Positions 1 through 9,522 of a stretch of DNA of 42,064 nucleotides are shown here, piece after piece (positions within the stretch are counted from its first letter, which is position 1; every line of letters begins with the position of its first letter). The stretch is from positions 1-42,064 of the forward strand of contig JAYNIA010000002.1 of NCBI GenBank assembly GCA_038108555.1, given 5' to 3'. Made by a program: the position numbers and the translations under genes. This stretch comes from Nitrospinota bacterium. GTDB taxonomy: Bacteria; Nitrospinota; Nitrospinia; Nitrospinales; VA-1. The notes below the pieces were generated by a model. It did not search any database. It saw only the letters and a list, made by a program, of their open reading frames with translations, and had not been told where the DNA came from.

Positions 1-415
1 TTCAAAGGCAGGGGCAGCCGATTCAAAAGCAGGTGCTGCTCTTTCTAAAGCAGACCAGGCTCTGTCTGCCGCAGGAGCAGCAGATTCAAAAGCGAGCTCA
101 GCCCTTTCAAGGGCTGGTACTGCAGATTCAAAAGCAGGCGCCGCACTCTCTAAAGCAGACTCCGCCCTATCTGCAGCAGGTGCGGCAGACTCCAAAGCAA
201 GCTCGGCTCTTTCAAAGGCAGGGGCAGCCGATTCAAAAGCAGGTGCTGCTCTTTCTAAAGCAGACTCCGCCCTATCTGCAGCAGGTGCGGCAGATTCCAA
301 AGCGAGCTCAGCCCTTTCAAGAGCAAGCACTGCGGATTCAAAAGCGGGTGCCGCACTTTCTAAAGCTAATTCCGCACAGGCTACAGCGGACCAGGCTCTT
401 TCTACAGCACAGTCA
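1..415 (+). repeat. Coding tandem repeat: 21-bp heptad unit arranged in a 105-bp higher-order repeat
   Basis: The ADSKAGA-coding unit recurs at 17, 122, 227 and 332 (period 105). Bases 1-55 are identical to 211-265. Confidence 0.92.
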
Positions 416-868
416 AACGGTGTTAAAATTTCCTATAGAATAGGAACGAATGTTGAAGATTCTAGAGATAATGGTTTTTTAAATGGTAGAATCCTCTCAT
501 TTAATAAAAATAGCGCCACATCTTTATTAAGAATTAGCTATAACGATAACCTTCGGGTCGCAGGCCCTGTAGCCTCTGCCTGTCAATGGCAGATTTGGCT
601 GGAAAACCAGCTGGGTAACCGGTCCACGGGAATTTATACAACCTTATATAACACTTCTACTGTTAATAACCCTGCTACCAATTCCGGTGTTCAGGTGAAC
701 TCACACCGTCAATCTACAGTGACAGGAATTTTATCTGGAGTTCCTAAAGGAAGTAATACAATAAGGGTAAGAGTCGCCCGGTCACCTTTGGGCGGCAACC
801 CTAACGGAGATTGCCACACGGGTTGGTGGTCTTCTTACTTTCTGGAAGTGCAGGAATTCGAACCATAA
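2..868 (+). CDS. 5'-truncated fibre/adhesin-like protein: Ala-rich heptad coiled-coil stalk plus C-terminal CTHRC1-like head domain
   Basis: Manual translation of frame +2 is open from base 2 to TAA at 866-868 (288 aa): (ADSKAGA ALSKADS ALSAAGA ADSKASS ALSRAGT)n then ...DNGFLNGRILSFNKNSATSLLRISYNDNLRV...NSHRQSTVTGILSGVPKG...GDCHTGWWSSYFLEVQEFEP*. A terminator follows. Not in the ORF track because the start lies outside the window. Confidence 0.88.
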   Translation, partial: SKAGAADSKAGAALSKADQALSAAGAADSKASSALSRAGTADSKAGAALSKADSALSAAGAADSKASSALSKAGAADSKAGAALSKADSALSAAGAADSKASSALSRASTADSKAGAALSKANSAQATADQALSTAQSNGVKISYRIGTNVEDSRDNGFLNGRILSFNKNSATSLLRISYNDNLRVAGPVASACQWQIWLENQLGNRSTGIYTTLYNTSTVNNPATNSGVQVNSHRQSTVTGILSGVPKGSNTIRVRVARSPLGGNPNGDCHTGWWSSYFLEVQEFEP

Positions 869-875
869 ACAACAT

Positions 876-919
876 AGCCCATCTCCATTTTCATCAAACT
901 GGGGATGGGCTTTTTCTTT
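876..919 (+). terminator. Intrinsic terminator
   Basis: Stem AGCCCATCTCCA (876-887) / TGGGGATGGGCT (900-911, one G-U pair) followed by a T-rich tract, 7 bp after the stop at 868. Confidence 0.8.
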
Positions 920-1042
920 CCACAAAAATCAAACTTCCTGTGCCTGGCTGGAGGAGCAACCAATCCACTAACGTGAAGAGGTATTCCTTCATAAGTCATT
1001 TATTTCTTCTAATAGGATTTTAATTCCTGACCGCGTGAACGG

Positions 1043-1321
1043 CTATCTCACCGTATTAATGCCTTTTTCCAGGTTATCGTCCCATCCATCGGGGAGCATT
1101 GAATCCAAACCTTTGTCGCGACGAGTTTGGGACAGGTTTCTCATGTAATGGGAGTTGCATTCATTGCAAAACCAGCCTTCCCCTGAAAAAATCCAGCATT
1201 CATTTTCCACCCATTCCTGTGCCTCTTCTTCGCTGTCACACCATCCCCCATTTTCAGCGCAATCTTCAGCAACACGGGCGCTACATACTAACGAAAACTG
1301 ATTATTCTTCTCTACGAACAA
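1043..1321 (-). CDS. Small acidic Cys/Trp-rich hypothetical protein, possible metal binder
   Basis: ORF 1043..1348. AAGGAG lies just upstream of a TTG at 1321, so the likely start is MFVEKNN. Six Cys including a CNEC motif. Confidence 0.7.
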   Translation of the reverse strand: MFVEKNNQFSLVCSARVAEDCAENGGWCDSEEEAQEWVENECWIFSGEGWFCNECNSHYMRNLSQTRRDKGLDSMLPDGWDDNLEKGINTVR

Positions 1322-1841
1322 AACAAACTCCTTTGGCACAAAAACCAACTCTCATTGCAGGACATGGTAGCATTTTAACTTTATTTTTCCTTATAGAAAG
1401 AGATCTTGCTTTTTAAAAAATTCATAATTGCTTTACAACAAATTAAAATATTTATTACATTCCCCTTTAATGTTCCTGGAAAACCGGTAACTTTTACATG
1501 CTTACGGTATTGTTTCTCCTGTGTCTAAATGGGTTTCCCCTTAATCTTTTTTGATTGTTTTCTGCATTCCAAAGCCCGATTTTCCTAAATTTTCAAGGCT
1601 GCAGCGAAAAGGACAGGAATTGGATTGCAATTGAAATAATATTTCTTTTGAAAGGAAAAATTTTAAATTTTTAGCAGACAATTAATTATATCTACCCTTG
1701 ATGTTCATTATTTATTTCCTTTTTTTTCAATAATAAAAAAAGCAAAATGTTTCTTAACTTTTTACCTTTTTTAGTCCACAATTAGCTGACTGGAAGTTTC
1801 TCCAGCATGGATTAGTTTTAAAGCATACTATAAAGGAAATT

Positions 1842-3446
1842 TTGTCCATGAGTATGTCATCCAATACCTCTGAAATTCCAAAAGGGGATTTAAGCGGATT
1901 TAAAACTTACTTCAAAACCGATATCCTTTCCGGTTTTTTAGTTTTTTTAATTGCCTTGCCGTTATGCCTGGGAATTTCTCTTGCTTCTGGATATCCAGCG
2001 GTAGCAGGAATCTTCACCGCCATTGTGGGCGGCCTGGTCGCCACCTTCCTTAGCAACTCTGAACTCACCATCAAAGGCCCTGCTGCAGGATTGATTGTTA
2101 TCGCATTGGGTTGCGTACAGGAATTCGGGTTTACCGGTGGCGTTGACCCGGAGAAGGATTTCCAGGCCTATCGCCTGGCACTGGGGGTTGGCGTTGTCGC
2201 AGGCGTATATCAGATCATATTGGGACTTTTTCGGGTAGGAGTCCTTATGAAACTTTTCCCTTCGGCTGCGATTCACGGGCTACTGGCTTCTATCGGGATT
2301 ATCATTATTTCAAAACAGTTTCCGGTTTTGATGGGATTGAGCCCCCAGGGTGCCCCGCTGGAACTCCTTGCAGGCATCCCCTCTTTTATAATTAATATGA
2401 ACCCAAAAGTAGGTTTGATTGGCCTAATGGGCGTTGCGATTGTTTTGGGTTATGGCTACATAAAAAATCCAAAATATAAGATTATTCCAGCCCCCATGCT
2501 GATGTTATTGATCGTGGTTCCATTGAGCGCATTTTTGGGCATTGGGGTAGACGGTTCTTATACTTTCAGTAGTCAAACTTTTGAATTAGGGCAGAAATTT
2601 TTGGTTAATGTCCCGAGTAATTTGTTGAATGCAATTACCCTTCCTGATTTTTCAGGAATAACCACTGAGACAGGAATCAAATACACCCTGCTTTTCGCGA
2701 TCATTGGAACTCTGGAGAGTATGCTAAGCGCCAAGGCTATTGACCAGATAGACCCATGGGGAAGAAAAACAAATCTGGACAGAGACTTATTTGCTACCGG
2801 ATTAGCCAACACCCTGGCCGCTTTCATCGGCGGACTGCCCATGATTTCTGAAATTGTCCGTAGCAAGGCAAATATCGATAATGGAGCAAGAACCCGGTTT
2901 GCCAACTTTTGGCATGGGATGTTTTTACTCATTTGTGTGGCCTTGATCCCGGGTTTAATAAATCAAATCCCACTCGCCGCCCTGGCAGCATTATTGGTGA
3001 TTACCGGATATCGTCTGGCTTCTCCACAGGAGTTTTTGCATATTTGGCACGAAGGAAAAGACCAATTCATAATATTTGTATCGACCATTTTAGGTGTGCT
3101 GGCTACGGATCTTTTGAAAGGCCTGGCCATTGGAATTGCGGTTAAAATTGTCATCCATTTTATCCGCGGCGGCTCGATTTTCAGCTTGAATGCCAAAATC
3201 ATCCCGGAAAGGGATAAATCCATCACCATATTTTTGCGGGGTTCCATTATCTTCAGCTCATGGATTCCGCTACGGAAACAACTTCAACGTTTCTTTGATG
3301 ATCAGAAGCGTGTAACCATAGACATTACCGAAACGAAACTGGTGGACCGCAGGGTGATGTCAAAAATTGAAGAATGGAAAAAGAAATTCAAGGATAGCGG
3401 ACTCGAACTGAACGTGCGAGCCATAATGACATCGATAGACGAGTGA
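1842..3446 (+). CDS. SulP/SLC26 family anion (sulfate/bicarbonate) transporter with short STAS-like tail
   Basis: DILSGFLVFLIALPLCLGISLASG, GPAAGL and GGLPMISEIVRS motifs, many TM segments. The start may be the ATG at 1848 or 1854. Confidence 0.92.
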   Translation: MSMSMSSNTSEIPKGDLSGFKTYFKTDILSGFLVFLIALPLCLGISLASGYPAVAGIFTAIVGGLVATFLSNSELTIKGPAAGLIVIALGCVQEFGFTGGVDPEKDFQAYRLALGVGVVAGVYQIILGLFRVGVLMKLFPSAAIHGLLASIGIIIISKQFPVLMGLSPQGAPLELLAGIPSFIINMNPKVGLIGLMGVAIVLGYGYIKNPKYKIIPAPMLMLLIVVPLSAFLGIGVDGSYTFSSQTFELGQKFLVNVPSNLLNAITLPDFSGITTETGIKYTLLFAIIGTLESMLSAKAIDQIDPWGRKTNLDRDLFATGLANTLAAFIGGLPMISEIVRSKANIDNGARTRFANFWHGMFLLICVALIPGLINQIPLAALAALLVITGYRLASPQEFLHIWHEGKDQFIIFVSTILGVLATDLLKGLAIGIAVKIVIHFIRGGSIFSLNAKIIPERDKSITIFLRGSIIFSSWIPLRKQLQRFFDDQKRVTIDITETKLVDRRVMSKIEEWKKKFKDSGLELNVRAIMTSIDE

Positions 3447-3518
3447 AATAAAGGTTAGAGAAGAACTCCCCGCCAATTTTTAGTAAATACCACCTTCTTA
3501 TTTAATTATTTTAGACAG

Positions 3519-4727
3519 CTACTCTTTTTTCTCCGGGTCTTCCGACTGATCTTTTTGCAACCTGTCTAAAAGCTGGTTAAAACTTTGGATCAGGCTGCCC
3601 AGTTCATTTCGGGAAGTCACTGGCAAACGTTTTCCTTTGAAATTCCCATGTGCAAGTTCATCTGCAAGGTGACAAACTTCCAGGATGGGTTCACTGATCG
3701 ATTTGGCAATGTTTACACTCAAAACACCGCTGATCAGAACGGCAGTAAAAAATAAAGCCGCTAAAAGGACAATTAAATAATGGGTTTTACTGGAAATTTC
3801 TTCAACATCATTTTCCAGTAATTTTTCCTGAACCGTGGTCATGTCATTCAAAAGTTCTTTGATTTTAAAAGCAACAGGGGCTGCGTCTGTCTTCAACCAA
3901 AAGTTGGCCCGATTCCATTCATCACCCGAACGTATACGAATAATCTCTTTCAACAAAGGCCCAAACTGTTCCAGCTTTCCCTTAAGGAACTCAATATTTT
4001 TCAACTGTTCCTTGTTAAACTTATCTAGATTTTTGTTTAGCTCGCCAATGTATTCTTCATTTTTTCTCCAGTTCTCCAGGGATTCCCTTTTGAACTCCTC
4101 TTTTCCTGACAACAAAAATTCATCGGCCCTCTCTAACGCCAGACTGGCAGTCGTTTCTATATTGGCCAGAAGTTCAACCAGCATTTTATTTTTTGGACCT
4201 TTATTGTCTTTCAAACCCAGATCAATCATGTTTGAAAGGGTATCCACAATAAATTTTTCTAGGGGTTCGGCCTGATTGAATAGAATTTTTTGAGCGGGAG
4301 AATTTTCCGGGGTTTGAGCAATTTCCTCAATCTTCTGTTGAGCCATTTTAAACTTATTGATTTCCTGCTCTATGGATTTCAGGCGTGTTTTATTTTCAGG
4401 GTCTGTCCATCTTGGAGCGAGTTCATGCAATAGCTTTAGCGAGGGATTGATTTGCTCTTCCCAGGCTATGGATCGTTCTGATTTGAATTTGGGATCTCCG
4501 AGAAGAATCCATCCACGTAACGAAGCCAGTGAGTGGTTCATACCATTCAGCATCATTAATCCGGCATGAGCCGTCGGGGTCCGTAACTCGACGACCCGCT
4601 TGGTAGTGATTTCCATATCTCTCACCTGCTGAATGGTGAGCAAAACTACCCCCATCAAAATCAGTGTGATTATCCCAAAACCATAACCCACTTTTTTTGC
4701 AATTGTCATATCTTTAAAATCAAACAT
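3519..4727 (-). CDS. Membrane sensor: TM, helical periplasmic domain, TM, HAMP, with no output domain
   Basis: MCP-like N-terminus (MTIAKKVGYGFG), second TM, HAMP motif (ISEPI...SRNELGSLIQSFNQL), then stop. Confidence 0.85.
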   Translation of the reverse strand: MFDFKDMTIAKKVGYGFGIITLILMGVVLLTIQQVRDMEITTKRVVELRTPTAHAGLMMLNGMNHSLASLRGWILLGDPKFKSERSIAWEEQINPSLKLLHELAPRWTDPENKTRLKSIEQEINKFKMAQQKIEEIAQTPENSPAQKILFNQAEPLEKFIVDTLSNMIDLGLKDNKGPKNKMLVELLANIETTASLALERADEFLLSGKEEFKRESLENWRKNEEYIGELNKNLDKFNKEQLKNIEFLKGKLEQFGPLLKEIIRIRSGDEWNRANFWLKTDAAPVAFKIKELLNDMTTVQEKLLENDVEEISSKTHYLIVLLAALFFTAVLISGVLSVNIAKSISEPILEVCHLADELAHGNFKGKRLPVTSRNELGSLIQSFNQLLDRLQKDQSEDPEKKE

Positions 4728-5091
4728 TTCTACTCCCTAAAGTGCCCCACTTTAAATTTTGCGCTTAAATTTCTAACACCAACCTGGCGATTGGAAGATA
4801 TTTTGAACAGGAATTAATTAATTATTTTATAATAATATAACAAAACTTAAAGTCTGTACTGAAGTGATAGTTTTATATTTTCCCGAACTTTTTAAAATTA
4901 GCTGGAAATATGGCGTTTTTTTCTCTTTTTATTCCTTGAAGCCCATTTTAATGCCATTTTTTGTCAGAAATAAATCATTTAAAAATATGAGGTTAAAAAA
5001 AAGGAAATAACGCCTTTCAGGTATTTCTTTTATATTTTAATGAAAAATTGTTACCGCACCTGAAAGAAACTCAACAAAAGAACCCAATAAT

Positions 5092-5766
5092 GTGGCTAAT
5101 CGCGATCAAATAGATTTATTAAAAAGCTCTGTTTCAAGATGGAATCTATGGAGAAAGAATAATCCTAAAATTGAACCCGATCTGGATCGCGTTGATTTGA
5201 ATGGGTTCAACCTTAAAAACGCCAACCTGAGAAGGGCAAACTTTCAAATGGCACTTCTCAACGGCGCAAATTTGCAGGGAGCAGACCTGACCAAATCCTT
5301 CTTCGCAGGAGCCGATTTACGTGGGGCCAATCTCAACGAAACGGATTGTTCAGCCATAAAGCTGAATGGGGCAGATTTAGGTGGGTGTTCCTTTAAAAAG
5401 GCACTCCTGAGAAAAATAGATTTCAGCAACCGGGACCTTCGCGGTATCGACTTTAGCGAAGCCGATTTGAGGAGAGCCGATCTACGAAAATCAAATCTGG
5501 AAAAAGTAAGTTTCTTCAAAGCCGATCTTCGTAAAACCCTGTTCACGGAGGCCAATCTTACAGAAGCGTATCTGTCTTCGACAATTTTAGAAAATACCGA
5601 CTTTCAATGGGCCAATCTCAGCAAAGCAACCCTGCGTTACTCCCTTTACCTGACCCCTGATCAAATTCAATCAGCAAAAATTGACAAGGAAACAAAGGTT
5701 CCTCACTACATAAAAATACATTGGATTTCTGAAACTGAGTTCCGGTGTGACCAAAAACCGGAATAA
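5092..5766 (+). CDS. Pentapeptide repeat protein
   Basis: A(D/N)Lxx repeats and N-terminal WNLWRKNNP cap. Confidence 0.92.
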   Translation: MANRDQIDLLKSSVSRWNLWRKNNPKIEPDLDRVDLNGFNLKNANLRRANFQMALLNGANLQGADLTKSFFAGADLRGANLNETDCSAIKLNGADLGGCSFKKALLRKIDFSNRDLRGIDFSEADLRRADLRKSNLEKVSFFKADLRKTLFTEANLTEAYLSSTILENTDFQWANLSKATLRYSLYLTPDQIQSAKIDKETKVPHYIKIHWISETEFRCDQKPE

Positions 5767-6422
5767 GGACGGGAAGGTAAACTTAAAATTCTATTTGTTT
5801 TTTTTCTACCCACACACAAAGTTCCGATAAATTTAGCCGTCACTTCATCTTTAAATACCAATTCATCCGGAACATCCCAAATTCCTTTCGCATCAATTAG
5901 CATGGTCATTGTAGAAAATTTCTCACAGAGAATGGATTTGGGATTGGTCTTAAAAACAACCTCCAGATTATTTGTGGATAGCGGCCCAACCTGGCGTGTG
6001 GCTATCATGGAAAGCAACTCTTCATCATCAGAATCAATTATTTTTCGGACCGGAAGGCCAATCAATTCTGACTCACTATATCCCAATATTTCAAATGCAG
6101 AGTTTGCAAAAGAAATATTCTGGCTGGAGTCTAATTGAAAAACAAGATCGGATATTTTGTCCACAATAGTGCGATATTTCTCCTCACTGGAGGCAAGTTT
6201 GGCTTCCGCTTCTTTGGCCCGGGCTTCCAAATGATGGATTCGGATTGCATTGTCGATGCTCCGGTTGAGCCGGTTAGCCGATAAAAGATCTTTCGGAATA
6301 TAATCCGCAGCCCCACTCTTAAGGGCTTCTACCGCCAGCATCTTATCCCGCTCCTCATCTGAAGTTAAAAGTATAAATACCGTTGACGTAATATATGCAA
6401 AATGTTGCAAATCAGCTATCAT
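5706..6422 (-). CDS. Partial receiver domain plus PAS domain protein, possibly degenerate
   Basis: Second half of a receiver (LLT...AVEALKSGAADYIPK), coiled coil, SEEKYRTIV-PAS. Lacks the receiver acidic pocket and phospho-Asp. Overlaps the convergent gene by 61 bp. Confidence 0.65.
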   Translation of the reverse strand: MIADLQHFAYITSTVFILLTSDEERDKMLAVEALKSGAADYIPKDLLSANRLNRSIDNAIRIHHLEARAKEAEAKLASSEEKYRTIVDKISDLVFQLDSSQNISFANSAFEILGYSESELIGLPVRKIIDSDDEELLSMIATRQVGPLSTNNLEVVFKTNPKSILCEKFSTMTMLIDAKGIWDVPDELVFKDEVTAKFIGTLCVGRKKTNRILSLPSRPYSGFWSHRNSVSEIQCIFM

Positions 6423-6570
6423 TCTCTAGCCACCCCAAATTATAATTCTTGAGAATTTTTACTTTTGTAAACTAAAACTTTGGAATATTTAAATGACAAA
6501 ATTGAATTTAATTCTTCTTTCGGGTTACCCCTTATAAAGCAATAATTTAGGAGAGTGTGACCTGGGCAGG

Positions 6571-7989
6571 TTATTCCTGAACTTTCTTTCCCTTCCAGCG
6601 GTGGACATCGCGCATGAATTTACGTTTATCCATTTCATTGTCCCAGGGGAAAATATCCATTAGAGGCTCGAGGGCATAGTTTGACTTATCCTCAGGGGGG
6701 AGTTCGAATCCACCTTCAGTGATTCGATAGATGTTATTGAAGGTCCGGTAATTTCCACAGAGGGTGACATAATCCCACGAAGTATTTCCTTCTATCAAGG
6801 CACATAACTCGGACGAAGAAATTCCTTCATAAAGGTTGATCTTACCAATGTCTCCGTTATGAAGTTTGGGGTCACCTGCTTCTGCAAAATCAATCGACCA
6901 TATATGTGAACCTTGCTGGCCAAAAACTTCCAGCTGGTAAACGATTTGCCAATGTTTCCAGCCTCCCAGCAATTCGCTTTTCAATAGCCTGTCCAGAAAA
7001 CTGTTCTCCAAAAAATCATTCACCACTTGCATTTCTCTATCATGCTGGGTTGGGTCTGTGGTTTGCGATTTTATCACAGGAACCTGAGCACCGGGTTTAA
7101 ACAGGATTTTTTCACTGTCATCCTCTTTGACCCGGACAAAATCGGAGGATTGTTTTTCGATATGGATTTTATCTTTAGAAATATGTGCTACATCTCCCGG
7201 AAAATATTTTGAGCTCTGGACATGAGGACAAAATGCAGCAAGGTCTCGCAAGAATTGGTCCTGAGTAGTCGGGAAGGAATACTGGTTCAAAAAATTCAAT
7301 TCGTCCCTGTAGCGAAATGCTGCGGAACCGGGGACGACCATCCTGGGAGAGAGCGCCCGCACTACATTTAAATAGGTGCAATACTCATCAAAAGGAAGAG
7401 CCAACGGCTTGTTGTACGAAAAGTTGCCTTCCAACAACGGAACAAAACGGGAATGGAAGAAATCAATATGTCCGCATAATTCCATTATCTGCTGTATGAT
7501 TTCAGGACCCACCTGCGAGTCCACCTGATTCCATAATGTTACCTCGCCATCATTGACCAGCAATCCATGCTCGGGAAACTCATCTTCAGCAGTACTGATT
7601 TGGTTTCGGGAAGGCGTGGGGGTCAAAGTGACATCTTTTACCTTGACGGCTTCAAAGTCGGAAACCACCTTTATATTTTTGAATTCAAGCTCATCTAGAA
7701 TACTGAGCAGAAGGTCGTCTTTCGGAGCGAGAATAAGGGTTTCTGGAGTGATAATTCTCTCGTTCTGAACAAGGTAGGCCAGAGTACGAACATCAAAATG
7801 GTCCTGGTGCCTATGTGAAATGTTTAGAACATCAACCGGGGGAATTTTGTCTTTTTCCAAAATAATGCTGGGACACAATACATTGATCTCTTCCCAAAGA
7901 TAATCGAACCAAACGGGATCAGTGAGAATATTGGTTTCTTCCGATTGAATGTACAGGCAGGCATGCCCGATCAAGGTGGTTCGAATCAT
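6571..7989 (-). CDS. Metallo-beta-lactamase fold protein (UlaG-like) with C-terminal extension
   Basis: GHAC...TDP start and the SHRHQDH (HxHxDH) metal-binding motif. Confidence 0.88.
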   Translation of the reverse strand: MIRTTLIGHACLYIQSEETNILTDPVWFDYLWEEINVLCPSIILEKDKIPPVDVLNISHRHQDHFDVRTLAYLVQNERIITPETLILAPKDDLLLSILDELEFKNIKVVSDFEAVKVKDVTLTPTPSRNQISTAEDEFPEHGLLVNDGEVTLWNQVDSQVGPEIIQQIMELCGHIDFFHSRFVPLLEGNFSYNKPLALPFDEYCTYLNVVRALSPRMVVPGSAAFRYRDELNFLNQYSFPTTQDQFLRDLAAFCPHVQSSKYFPGDVAHISKDKIHIEKQSSDFVRVKEDDSEKILFKPGAQVPVIKSQTTDPTQHDREMQVVNDFLENSFLDRLLKSELLGGWKHWQIVYQLEVFGQQGSHIWSIDFAEAGDPKLHNGDIGKINLYEGISSSELCALIEGNTSWDYVTLCGNYRTFNNIYRITEGGFELPPEDKSNYALEPLMDIFPWDNEMDKRKFMRDVHRWKGKKVQE

Positions 7990-8200
7990 TTAATCAAGAC
8001 CTAATATTATTGGAAATATGGAGATTAACCGAAGGGAACGAGTAATTCAAGCGGCAGTTTATTAAAGCCTTCAATTTTTCCGGGTGTTTTGAAAAGAATG
8101 TATTTAATTGCCCATTTTTATATAATGCAGGCATCTTTTTAAACCTCTTGGAAAAAGAATATTTTTCCGAAGATTCATATCAATTATCTGGTTATTAGCG

Positions 8201-8860
8201 TTGGAAAAACCTATTCACAATTTACCTCAAAAGCCAAACCGAATTTTTTGCATTGGCAAAAACTACGGAGAACATATCAAGGAACTGGGAGGCAAAAGCG
8301 CACCCAGGGAACCGGTGGTGTTTATGAAACCGGTTTGCAGCATTGTATCTCCGGGCAAGGTTTTAGATCGGCCTACCTATGGTAACGACCTCCATCATGA
8401 AGTGGAGGTGGTTTTAATGATAGGGAAAGAAGGAAAAAATATTCAAGAGTCCAGGGCCTTATCATATATTTCGGATATAACAATTGGATTGGATTTAACC
8501 CTTCGAGACATTCAAACAAGTTTAAAGGAACAGGGATTGCCCTGGGAACGCTCTAAATCATTTGAACAAAGCGCTCCCTTGGGTGACTTCAAAAAATACC
8601 ACCCCGAAAAAATGGATTTAGAAAATCTGGAATTTTCATGTTCCGTAAATGGGCAATTGAAACAAAATGCAAATACCCGGGAAATGATTTTCCCTATCCC
8701 AAATTTAATCCAAATTCTGAGTGAGTGGTGGACGTTAAAACCCGGAGACATTATTTATACAGGAACCCCCGCTGGAGTAGGTCCACTACAGCCGGGAGAT
8801 AAAATCGAAATATCCAGCCCCATTACAGGTTCATTTACCTGGTTGCTTTCCCCGGAGTAG
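8201..8860 (+). CDS. Fumarylacetoacetate hydrolase family protein
   Basis: CIGKNYGEH, FMKP, HHEVE, DLTLRD and GDIIYTGTPAGVG motifs. Confidence 0.93.
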   Translation: MEKPIHNLPQKPNRIFCIGKNYGEHIKELGGKSAPREPVVFMKPVCSIVSPGKVLDRPTYGNDLHHEVEVVLMIGKEGKNIQESRALSYISDITIGLDLTLRDIQTSLKEQGLPWERSKSFEQSAPLGDFKKYHPEKMDLENLEFSCSVNGQLKQNANTREMIFPIPNLIQILSEWWTLKPGDIIYTGTPAGVGPLQPGDKIEISSPITGSFTWLLSPE

Positions 8861-9042
8861 AGACCCTGTAAGAAAACTCCCAAAATGACCACAGAAAAAC
8901 CCCCCGGTTTTTTTAAAGGATTTTTTATAAATCATGAGACCCTGCTGATTTTTTTTCACAGAGTTTTCTGATACCAAGCCAGCCCGGTTAAATATAAAAT
9001 CTTTAACATTAGAGTAAGTGTATGAATTAAAAGTAGAAAAAA

Positions 9043-9522
9043 ATGAACGCCCCACAAAGAGAAAATCCATTTATTGCAAAAGACCAGTTCGCCATAGAGC
9101 ATGACTCTGACTACATAAGGTTTGAATATTGGTCCACAATAATTGCATTTAAAGAAAACCATCCTATTGAATCCAATAGGGAACAAAAGACGGTATTCTT
9201 AAAATCTTTCAGTCAACATTCAACGGTAATTGAAGGCATAGCCAACACGGTTTATTCAATTAAAAACAATAGTAATTTTCCCGCATTGCATTTCTACATT
9301 TATTCCAGAAAAGCTGGCAAAACAGTTTTTAAATTGCCCGAACTACCCAATACCAAATCAATCAAATTGGAGTTTAAAAAGGAAGGAATCTATGAACTGC
9401 ATTTTTTCCTGGCAGGCTCCAGGTCTTTCTCGAAAACTCTTTTTGAGATAACTCCCCAATCCCAAACGCCACCTCAAAATAATTTTGCCTGGAATTTGAA
9501 ATTACCCTGGCAATTTACTTAA
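9043..9522 (+). CDS. Hypothetical protein, C-terminal half cupredoxin-like without Cu ligands
   Basis: 159-aa ORF filling the gap. SIKLEFKKEGIYELH resembles the cupredoxin F-x-x-x-G-x-Y strand. Start is uncertain. Confidence 0.5.
   Translation: MNAPQRENPFIAKDQFAIEHDSDYIRFEYWSTIIAFKENHPIESNREQKTVFLKSFSQHSTVIEGIANTVYSIKNNSNFPALHFYIYSRKAGKTVFKLPELPNTKSIKLEFKKEGIYELHFFLAGSRSFSKTLFEITPQSQTPPQNNFAWNLKLPWQFT

Noticed and set aside
1..415. Possible CRISPR array
   Set aside because: Units are contiguous, codon-phased and degenerate at third positions, with no unique spacers and no cas genes.
33..443. 136-aa Gln/Leu-rich ORF in the track
   Set aside because: Off-frame shadow of the repeat. Frame +2 is open through 868, gives clean heptads and a globular domain, and ends at a terminator.
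8885..9042. Possible frameshifted 5' extension of the 9043 gene through homopolymer tracts
   Set aside because: It would require several frameshifts and a stop readthrough, which cannot be supported without homologs.
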